A DNA stretch of 64,000 nucleotides from Bigelowiella natans CCMP2755 (lineage: Eukaryota; Protista; Cercozoa), in the NCBI GenBank assembly GCA_000320545.1, contig ADNK01001529.1, positions 1 through 64,000 on the forward strand. The letters are read 5' to 3'. The number at the start of each line of letters is the position of its first letter. Position 1 is the first letter of the stretch. The notes beneath the pieces were generated by a model, which ran no database searches, was not told where the DNA came from, and was given only the letters and a program-made list of their open reading frames with translations. A program made the position numbers and the translations under genes. Positions 53,942-64,000 of this stretch are shown piece after piece.

Positions 53942-54639
53942 AATATACCCTTTCATCGTTCATGCAGGTACTGCCCCAAATGCATTGCGCCACGTGAGGG
54001 TTTCGATGAGATTGCAGCAAAAAGAGGAGCTGGAAAACATAAAGGGAAACATGAAAAAACAGGACCAACAGAGCCAGAGTCGGTGATACGCGGGGAAAAT
54101 GATAGCAGCAATCACGAAGGCAGCGACGAAGATACTGGAACCTTGAGTGACGAGGAAAGATGTCAGGTATGGAGGCTCTCTCGGTGAAAATCGTCGGCAC
54201 ATACAAGCAATACGGCGAGAGAGACGATGCACATGGCAACGACCGCACATGCACACCACAAAAGAACATGTGATTTGTCTCTGTCCGCTTCAGGATCTTG
54301 TCGCCGCAGTTTGCCCGACCGAAAAAATACGTAATTAAAAATCACCTCGCTTTTATTTTTTTCAGATATGCGCTCGCGCGGACTGGGCCGAGGTGATGAT
54401 GCTCTGTGACGAGTGCGACAAAGGCTATCACACTCACTGCCTTTACCCGCCACTCTCAGAGATTCCGAAAGGTCGTAAGCGTGTTCTATATTTTAACAAA
54501 TGTGCTTGGCTCGCTATCTTGGATTCCTGTGAATATGTTCGGTGGAAAATGTGAAAACTAGCGTTAGCAATTCATCTATTCGATCAAAGGTACTTGGATT
54601 GGTCCTTGCTGTTCATCTGGGTCATCGTCAAAGGCATAG
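49655..54639 (+). CDS. Prolyl-4-hydroxylase-like 2OG-Fe(II) dioxygenase fused to two C-terminal PHD fingers
   Basis: Exons give SPNIYIIDNFLSDKEICHL..ERTSCFTWL..IQRIEARAGEILG..VEPFQLVRYTQGQMFKTHHD..RRLATFFIYLN..G|CTEFP..VCPRRGRALLFSN..DPLTVHRANPV..K|YGMNIW, then a poly-Lys NLS. PHD1: CQICG..[34 protein letters not shown]. PHD2: IC..[33 protein letters not shown]. Confidence 0.85.
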
Positions 54640-55009
54640 TAGGAAGAGGCTGCCAAGGAAAATCTAAATAGAAAATGACTGACCACTCCTGCGACCAATG
54701 GAGGAATGCATGTGTGACGTCTATCGCATCACACGCAGCGTTGTGCGCGGCATTGTGTCAATTGACCACATTTATAGTCCACAAGCAATGTAACGTTTGT
54801 AATACATGTATGAAACGGATGTAACAATGTGATCAAATATTTTCAATGGCCATCTTTGTGTAGATATGCAAAGCAGCGGTTACAGAGCGAGACGGATGTA
54901 GAAGGGATTAAATCTTTTTAATAGTCATTCTAATATAGTTATGCAAAGCAGCGGCTACATGCCGTCATGCGCACTGCAGCGCCCACGTTGTATTTGCTTG
55001 GTTCTGCAA

Positions 55010-55475
55010 AGTTCTAGACTTTGAAGAATTGACAAAAATGAGATTTCGAGTCTTGCTAGCTTGCTCATTTATTCGGCTTGTCAAACGTGGCACACATTTA
55101 GGTTTTGGCTGAATTCGCTATGTGCTCAAGCAAAGCTAGAGAGTGCTGACTAGCTGAGTGTCTGTGGTCATTGTGTCGATTTTCAAACATCATTCAAATT
55201 GAAAGTTGAGACCGTTACGTACTAGACACGACACGCGCATGCCACAACTTTGAATGCTAGCTAGCTAGGGGAATGATTGAACCCAGCACTCGCAGCATCG
55301 ATCTAGCTAGCTAGGCATGCAATACTGTTAGCTCTAGCTAGAGCTAGACGGGGTAGCGGGGCGGAGGGGCAGGGAGGGGAGGAGGGTTCTCTGTAGGTCT
55401 GTCTAGCTCATAGGAAGGGTCGTTGCAACAGCGCTAGCATGCTGGCTGTCGCACACAACGCGCATGTACGCTAGG
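55010..55475. other. CTAG-dense intergenic patch between convergent genes
   Basis: About 17 CTAG in about 460 bp, with (CTAG)3 runs at 55257 and 55303. TA depletion is only partial. Confidence 0.75.
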
Positions 55476-56089
55476 GCGTAATAATCGCTCCCACATGGAT
55501 TTTCACAATATTGCATGTCTGTCATTTTTGCATAATTTGCTGCATTGCACAGCTGCATTATTAGGATGACAATAATTGAAAAAAATTAAAAGCATTTGTC
55601 ATTGCATTATAGCATCCGTCGATCTCATGGATTTTTGTTCACGTCCGCGATGCGAGCACACTTCACTAGTTCAAAAAACGTGTCACACGCTAGCACGTAC
55701 AATTTTTTGACACAAGGCGCACACAGCGGTACACAAATACTAGAAAGAGCGCGTAAGTGCATTCACATTGAAATGGTGTTGGCGGGATACTACGCTCTAG
55801 CGCTTGCCAGCTAGCAGGTACGATAGTTGCTGCTGCGGCAAAACGTACGCGCGTCATGTGTTCATTAAAAATAAAGCAGAAGTTCAACCCTTTGCTATTT
55901 CAGCTATTAAAATTAAATGCTCATGTTAAGATCTTCATGATCTAAAGTATGACTGCATTTCTGTTGCATGTTGGCTCTTTGTAGTATTTCGATGCATGAT
56001 CCCATTCCGAACCTCGTGCTCCCCATTATAGTTCATAGTCTTTGGATGAAATCACAGCTGCGGAATCATATCGAGATTCAAGAAAGCAT

Positions 56090-57323
56090 TTAAGCAATGA
56101 CGTCAGCGGCGTTGAATTCCTCCTCGCTGTCGTCTTCATCATCACTACCAGCTCCCAAAGGGCACCCAGCTTCTTTGAGAACCTTGATGAAGTCCTCTAG
56201 TTCATCGTCATTTGCCCAGTTAAGAGCGGTGTAGTTGAAGCTGTCTTCGATTGTCAAATCGCACTTCTTGTCGAGGAAGAACTTAAGAGAGTCCATTTGC
56301 TTCTCCCTCACAGCTGCCATAGCTGGAGTTCCCATCCCCTTCTGAGGATGCTGGACGTTGAGAAGCCACTCGTTAGCCTTCAATTGCTCTCCGAGAGATT
56401 CAACGTTTCCAGCTTTGGAAGCATCGAAGAAAGCGTTCATAAGCTTCAACTTTGCCTAACAAAAGCAGAGACTAAATTAGAGAGGCAACCCCTCTTTAGG
56501 TTTCATTCTGAATAAAAATATGGATTACAGCTTCTTCCGCGCGCTTCTTAATTTCGGCTTCCATCTTGGTTTGCATTTCCTTAACTTCATCCTTCATTTT
56601 CTTAAGAATGCTTCCAGCAATCTTGGCGTCAGGCCTAATTGATTGGTTAATTAATACTCGTGTCGCTCATTTTCTCAAAGTGAATCCAAAATCTACTTTT
56701 TCTTCTTGCTGGTGAAGTCACCGAGCAGAGACTTCTTCCAGATAGGAATTTTAACCATATTCATCTTCTTGTCTGGCTTAAGTTGTTTGTACCTGCGATG
56801 CAATCGAAAGGTATATTAGCTTTGACTAATTGTAGGGAAAAGCAAGAGGTAAAACTTACTGGACGTCATCAAGAGTTGGGATTCCAGCATCCTCTGCGAA
56901 GTTATTGATTTCGTCTTGCGAGGCAAGTTCGTCGCTTTTGCTCTTCTTCTTAGGGTGGGTGATGATCATTCCAATGAACTGGTCGATGACCTGGGAAAGT
57001 GGAATTAGTATTACACCTTAAAACCGCGAATAAAAATGAATTCCGGACGATTTCCCATTCCCCCCTCCAGAATAGCAAGATCTTTTGCATAAATATTCAT
57101 ACAGGAGGTGAGTACCTTTTCAAACTCCTCTTCAGGAGCCTCAACTGGCTCGCCATCTTCGAAGGATGATTCGCCGAAAACCTCTTTCCACGGCCAGGAT
57201 TTGATCTACAATCCAGGTTGGTTCAGCACTTTCATCAATAAAATGTCACAGTGCCCTAAAATTCAATTCAGGGATATCGTTTTAACTTTTTCGCGGAGAT
57301 GGGCTGACCTTGAAGGTAGTCAT
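56090..57323 (-). CDS. Ankyrin-repeat protein with Lys-rich N-terminal half, 6 exons
   Basis: MTTFK|IKSWPWKEVFG..|VIDQFIGMII..|..|..|..FFDASKAGNVESL..GTPAMAAVREKQMDSLKFFLDKKCDLTIEDSFNYTALNWA..IKVLKEAG. Introns are short and GT-AG. Confidence 0.85.
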
Positions 57324-57863
57324 TGTTTCGAATTGGAATCTACGGAGGAGGGGTTTGTGAATTCACGGAGGAGGAAGCAGCTTTAAGACACATCCTAGCC
57401 ATTTGATTCTCTACGTTTTCTTCATTTACATGAAGATTTTCATTAAATGTGGTATGATTATACAAAAAATGGCCTTAATCCTCAAGAAAAGGCTCGAGTA
57501 GTTCATTGCTGGGCCTCAGCTACGCAATTACGACTGAGAATATGTAAGATCCGCATTGCCGGTTTGCGGACAAAAGACCGATACAAATTGTAGGAGGAAA
57601 ATCCTAAAATATCCTTGATCTGTGAGAATTATCTGGAATATCCCATATTCAGTAATCCGGTTCGTTGCGATTTATGACTCTAGAGAAAAATCGGCACGCA
57701 CAGCTTCGGACATTGGAAAGCTCTTGAATTTTCCCTTGCGTCAAGGATTCCACGGATGTCGCATAAAATTCGCGAAACTTTCTGTTCTCAGAATTAAAAT
57801 TTCGGGTAAGCAATAATTTTTACCTCGAGGAGGACAGCTCCCGGTCGGGACGACGACACAGTA

Positions 57864-59174
57864 ATGGGCAGGTTCCATTATCTTTGTCTTCTTCTCGTAG
57901 CGTCGTCTGAGGCTGCTAGAGTCCTCCAACATAATAGCGCTGATTTGAATTATTCGAAGTCCCTGACGTGCGAGGATCTTGCCAATAATTCCACATATGA
58001 CCTCTCATTTGAAGGTGGATTACCACTTACGCCTTGCTGTCTCACATTGCTGCATTATTCACATGTATATAATCTAATCAAATGATGGGTTCTAGGTTCA
58101 TGGTCGTATTTGCGATTGGATCCATTATCATCGCCTTTTTCAATGGGATCCCTGGCTTACATGACGTTCTCAGACACTCATCACACGGACAATTCTACTG
58201 CAAACCCGATGCTTTTCCCATTGCCTATCACTCTAAAGGTAGAGGTGTGGGGGAGGAGAAACGATGGGGAGGAAATGTACGCTTCATAATCAAAACGAAT
58301 ATACCACGACTCAAATTCTCAATAATTGAGCTATGAAACTGATACAGGTGGGTAACAATGGGGAGCGAGAAAGCTCAAGCTGCAGAGCGGACAGCTACAC
58401 ATGGCGGCCCGACTTCACAACCACGATCGGGAGCTGCAGCACCTTCCACGACACCATCAACGTATCGATGAAAGTGGCCTACCAATCAAACTCGACAATA
58501 TGCGCCTCCTACCGCCTCCGCTCCGAACATCCCCGGAACATCTCTTTTGAAGGCGTTGTCCCTGAGGATGCTCCCAATCGTCGTGCGTCCATGCGCCTGC
58601 TACCAGAGCGAGCGGGGGCTGGCAACGCTGTCTTAGTAGAAATACACGCAACGAAGCAGTACGAAGGGAACTTCGCGATCGATAGATACTTCCTCCTCCA
58701 AACCTCCTCGGCCAACAGCTTCCTCGAGCACAACGAGGCTGCTGATGACGATTCAGTTCTGTCGTCTCCCCACCCCTCTTCCGACGATCCAACTGGCTAC
58801 ACGCTTCCTCGATTGCTTCTTCCAGGTGGCGGCGAGAAAGACGTGGAGGTAGAGTTCTGCCTCACCGAACTCGAGCAGCCGCCGGAACCCCCTGTTGGGC
58901 CATCCCCCCAATTCAACGTCTCGGCGTGTACGGAAAGCGTCAACAACTGGCTGTCAGAAGCTAGGCCCCCTCCGGGAATAAGTGGGGATCTGAGCGCGCT
59001 ACGTCGCTACTATAGCAGCTGGTTTCAATTTTGGTATAATACCGAACACGATGCCGGCAACTGGGTAATTTGTTTTTATCGCAAGGGAAGTGATGATGAT
59101 GGTGATGATGATGATTATTATGATGATAGTGGTGAGGATAATTATGATGGTTATCACAATGTCAACTACATACG

Positions 59175-59218
<44 letters not shown>

Positions 59219-59650
59219 AATATAGATCTATCCGGCTATTACACCTTCCATGTCAAGATATGGGAGAGGCGTGTGGCTCTGGGACACTGCCTTTCACATC
59301 TTTGCGCTACTTTCCGGCGGGACTGGGCCAAGAACGTGAGATTGAAGTGGGAGAGGGGAGTCATAACGACGTCCCCGCCACAATCAGCCCTATCATCATC
59401 ATTGTCATCATCATTGTCATCATCATTGTCATCATCATTGTCATCATCATTGTCATCATCATTATTCTCGCCATTGCTATAAAACATCTCGATCTCATCC
59501 AGCCCATATCTCATAAGCACATCCCTATCTTCATCACCCTGTCCTCCTCTCTCAGAGTACGCAAGGCCCGGGAACAGCTGGAGATATTATTAGGCGTGGC
59601 GAGAGACGTTGGACACATCCCACGGTTGGTGTGCTATTCCCGAACTAAAT

Positions 59651-59706
<56 letters not shown>

Positions 59707-61242
59707 CACCGTTTCTGTGCGCCACGTTGCTATTTCTGTTTTCTGCTGATCCTCGCGTTTCCTTCAAGATTCGCTCCAGCATCATTCCGATGAGTATTTT
59801 CGGGTTTTGAGACTTATTGCTATTATGCGGTAGCGCAGTCTGCGTCCGTCCTTGACCTGTGAGCGTTTGGTGCTGCTACCTAGGGTGGTGGGGCCCGAAG
59901 CTGTAGAAGAGACCACTCAGCCGCCGGGTATTCTCACGTGGGCTGCTCTGGCTGTTTACAACGTTACGGGGGACTTAGACTTCCTCAGAGACGCGTACGA
60001 AGTACTGGCGACGAACAACGAGTGGTTCTACGCGAACAGGAGGTAGTATTACTCATCTCGCTCCGCGGTGTGCGGTGTGGGCAGGGTAGGTGGAGAGGGT
60101 GGGTTACTGTTGGGATGATGTCGGCATCTTCGTGCTGTCGATGATAACAAAGCGATGGGGCGATATGTGACGCGTGTGTACGTGTGTGTGTGTGTGTGTA
60201 GTGTGCGTGTGGTGTGTGTGTAAGTTGTCCCACTCACTGAACTCTCGCCCTCCTGCACTTGTTTTGGTGTTCTTCCTTACTTCTCCTTTTTCTTCTTCTT
60301 GTTGTTGTTGATGTTGCTCTCTTTTAATTCCCCTTCGCTCCTTCGTTCTCGTTGATCAGCACGAGGAGCGGACTATGCGAATGGGAAGGTCAGGATAGCG
60401 GCTGGGACACGTCGCCTCGTTGGGATGGCGGCAGCGTGGAGGCAATCGATCTGAATTCATGGCTTCATCTCGACCAGGTAAGGTGTTGCTACGTCTGTGT
60501 GCCAGACTGTCTGGTCCCCCCCGCCGGAGACAACTTCCAAAAAAAGGAAAGACAGAAAGAAGGGGTGGCGGGTGGGGGAGGAATGGCACAGTCCTAATCA
60601 CACTGCTTTCTCGTAAAACAGCTATTCTTGGCCGCCATGGCTGAGGCCATCGGACTCCCCCCTACCGAAATAACAAAATGGAAGCTAGCAGCGTCCAGGA
60701 GCCGCGAGGCCATCCAGGCACGTCTCTGGGACGACGATGCTGGGGTCTTCTGGGACCGGCGCCCTTCGCCTGACAACCGGTTTGTGAGCGTGGTGACACC
60801 GGCCACATTCTGGCCGATGCTGGCTGGCATTGCGAATGCGACTCAGTCGCACCGAATTGCGGAGCGAGTCCTCACCAAAACCGCGCTGCTCACCCCGCAC
60901 CCGCTCTCCAGCGTAGGCCGCTCAGAGCCTGCCTTTGATCCTGAAGACTACTGGAGGGGGCCCGTGTGGATAAACGTTAACTGGCTTGCTTCGCTAGGTC
61001 TCCATTGCTCTGGTCTCCATAGCGACGCAGAACTGCTGCTCGATGCTGCCGTGGAGCTGGTAGCTAAGTGGCCGTATCCGTGGGAATACTACGACCCCAT
61101 GACAGGCGCTGGCCTGGGCGCTCAGAATTTCATGTGGACGGGGGCTGTTAACATCATCATGCTGAGCGACAACCCATTGGTGCAATCGCTATTGTACCGA
61201 CATATGGAATGCGATACGATGCACAGCAAGTCGTCGCATTAG
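57864..61242 (+). CDS. Secreted (alpha/alpha)6-barrel glycoside hydrolase, GH63/MGH1(YgjK)-like
   Basis: Signal peptide MGRFHYLCLLLVASSEAA. Motifs YGRGVWLWDTAFH, TTQPPGIL, DSGWDTSPRWD, AIDLNSWL, DYWRGPVWINVNWL and WEYYDPMTGAGLGAQNFMWT. Confidence 0.9.
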
Positions 61243-61319
61243 ATAGTGTATGGCTTCTTGCAAGCACGAGAAGACTTCTTGCAGTAGTGGATATGTATAA
61301 CTTTGATCAATGTAGTTTT

Positions 61320-64000
61320 TGAATCACAGTCGTTGCAGTGTCAGCAGCATTGGCAGCGGCAGCGGTGGCAGAGGTGGTGGCATCCGGAGCAGAAGTTGTT
61401 GCATTGGGAGTGGGAGTTGTGGTGTTGGGAGCAGGAGTTGCAGGAATGACGAGTTTTGGTTTGCAGATGTTTCATCGACCGTTGTCCATGATGATCCAAA
61501 TCTAGGTCGTTCCAGCAAACGACAACGGTGCAGCAGAAGCAAGTGAAGAAGGAATGTCGTTGTGCTTTCATTCGCAACCGTAGTTTTTGAAAGATCAAAC
61601 ACTGCACTTTCCTTTGATCTGTCTAGCTGTGGCATTCCTTGCTAGCTTGTCGTCACGTGCTGTGCGTGTTGATGCATTCTTGATTGTCCACTTTGGAGGC
61701 AAAAATGGCCACGATCGACGCAAAATGCGATGCTTGAGAGCGCTGCCAAAAGCCAAAGTTGCGATTGCGCGATGCGACATGGTGAGCATTTGCATGCACA
61801 TCTTTGATCGACAGATCTGCACGTTGTGCTCCAGTGATGCTAGTCCAGATCGAGCCACTTGCGATCAATTCCACAGGTCTAGCGAGGTGCACGTTTGTGT
61901 CAAACACAGCTAGACAGTGATGACAGGTCCACAAAGTCGGCGCGACTTGCACGACAAATTGCAGCGGATTCAGAGCAATGTGCGTTGCGGCCATGCTAGC
62001 ACATCTTGGTTGTCCACTTTGGAGACAAGAACCACGCGCCGCGAGTTGCTGAACCCACGTGTGAAGGCTGCAAACGCGCTTCGTTGCGCAATCGCGATCA
62101 CGATCGCCACACGTGCGTCGAAAGCAAATCAAAACTCCCACGCAAACGCGAGCTCAGATTGCAATGTGTGTGAATGTGAAAACCATCTCGTGAAACATGA
62201 CATGAAGAATGTGCGAAGTGCAATGACAACGGCGATGTTCTCTTCACAAAGCGGAAACGTGTGCACGCCACATGCGGTCATGCCATGTGTTCCATCTGAG
62301 CAAAGTTGTGCGCATGGCGTCGAGTGCCGAGTGTGATTTGCATCATGTCAGAACAAACAGCATTTGCAGCGTTCTACACTCGACATTGCAAGGCACAAAT
62401 GATGCCTTTTCATGCCAATTCAGCCGCGTCAATGATGTGTCACGAATGCACCAGTGCATTCGCAACATTCAGCCGAGAACAGCGACATGCATGCGTCTCA
62501 TCAATCTCCAGACAGGCTCACAAGGTCATGAGAGAATGCCACAAAATGAACACGTCTCCATGTGTGTGACTCATCCAATCAATCACAAAAACTGCCATCA
62601 TCATCATCACTGGAAGACAACATGAAAATGTCATCTCCACTGCTGTCATCCATTCCAACATCAGTGTTGGCATGAGGGTCGGCGCACATGGGTTTCGGTG
62701 CTTTGTCCAATCTCCTTGATTTGCGTGTTGGAACCTGATGGAAAAGACAGTTGATGTGTGAAAATGAGCTGATTCATGCATGCAACGTCACCGAGCTAGT
62801 GTGAGCATCTCGTGAAGTGTGTTCTTGGAGTCTTTGCCTTCTTGTTGCGTTGTGAACAATGCGCAAATCTGCGCCAATTGATGCTGAGCTTGTTTCATCA
62901 TCATTTTCATCGTGTTGCATCGCATCTTCAATTGAACTTGGTTCGTCGCTGTCATCGTGTTTGTGTTCACTCGTGTGGTCTGTGCTGGAACTGTCTGATT
63001 CATGCTCGGGGTGATGCCTAGCCATGTTGCTTCGAAACCATTCTGGGCCAGAGTGAATCAGCTCAATGATTTGTTTCTCGAAAGAAGCGATGTGATGCTT
63101 GATGCGGGTTTTGTCCATGCAATTGGATTGTTGGTTGAGTTTTGTTTTGTGCATGTCAACATTGTTTGCAGTTGAATGGCATTTGTTGCAAGTGTGTTTC
63201 ACGTCATCGTCGTGCGATGATTTGTCTTTCACAACTTGAACAAGGTGTTTGATTCGCTCCATGAACCAATTGGATGTCTTTTGCAAGTTCGGAGTGTTGT
63301 TTCTGATTTCTGGTTGTTTCCGCTGAAGGTGTCCTTCTCCCATGGAAGTGCAAAATGTTTTGGTGCTGTTCCACATTGTTTTCATGATCTTGAAACATTC
63401 ATTTGCATGTTCAATGTCTTTGGAATGGGTGTCCCGAATCACTTTGCGACCACAAATTGACAACATGGATTCACCAGGCTCTTCATTGCCATGATTTGGA
63501 CTTTTGCTGAAGTTCAACCAGAAATCAGTGGAGGCATTTCGGTGCATCTCAAGAACAATGTGGTTCATGTGTGTGTTCCTTCCATGTTGCCTGTGTCCAA
63601 AATTGGCAAAAGCTGCCATGACATTTTTGTGCAAACTGAAAAGCATTTGAAAGTCGTCGACTTTCAAAGCGATCATGCAATCATGTAGCAACGGTGTGCA
63701 AAACCGAAGCAAAGAGCACCAAGAATCCAGTTCTTCCCTCTCTGGGATGTGTTGTCGATGAACGCTGCAAGCTGGACACTTGTCAAACGATTCTTTGTTG
63801 TCAATGTTCCAGTTGGCATCCAAAATCTCGTCCATTTCACATTTTTTACCAGAGTGTGTCACTCTTAAGAGTGAAAAAAAGTGCACAATGTGCGCGATGT
63901 GCTTTGGTTTCGATTTCCATTTCTGCCCAGGGCACAGTTTTGCAAATGATGGCATGAAAATGTCTTTGTAGCTTCTCCACACGAGCATGGAAAGAAATTT
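61320..64000. other. TpA-hypermutated island running off the end of the window
   Basis: In 61320-63840 there are only 12 TA: 9 CTAG, 2 GTAG and 1 CTAC. Confidence 0.92.
62774..64000 (-). mobile_element. Intronless, Tyr-stripped ORF resembling a helical domain of large DNA-transposon proteins (DUF6589-like); open at the window edge
   Basis: 404-aa ORF with one Tyr. Restoring H/C to Y gives LLYDY.IALKVDDF..LFSLYKNV.AAFANFG.RQYGR, similar from memory to the 'A...GD......K.....F...G..NY.R' pattern of DUF6589-type proteins. Acidic tail. Family assignment unverified. Confidence 0.45.

Overview
Eukaryotic nuclear DNA from an intron-dense, microsatellite-rich protist. The targeting peptide on one gene suggests an alga with a complex plastid, but I cannot identify the organism. 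About ten spliced host genes are recognisable: an EamA/DMT transporter, an unknown membrane protein, a 7TM-like protein, a plastid-type aldo/keto reductase, a beta-propeller/mucin-stalk surface protein, a giant EF-hand/SEA-like/SAM/coiled-coil scaffold, a catalytically degenerate CCR4-like EEP protein, a prolyl-4-hydroxylase-like dioxygenase fused to two PHD fingers, an ankyrin protein and a secreted GH63-like glycosidase. The outstanding signal lies between these genes. Sharply bounded islands (about 13.3-17.2 kb, 20.6-23.2 kb and 61.3-64 kb, plus smaller ones near 7.4-8.1, 48.7-49.6 and 55.0-55.5 kb) have lost almost every TpA dinucleotide. TpA appears converted to TpG or CpA (A>G on either strand), and CTAG is selectively spared. 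Conserved Tyr codons in relic genes (histone H3, a USP protease, a transposon-like ORF) read His or Cys, and copies of a 72-bp tandem repeat show the same site as either TG or CA. This looks like a targeted TpA A-to-G hypermutation system acting on non-genic or mobile DNA, the chemical mirror image of fungal RIP. All counts were made by eye, and exon boundaries are approximate.
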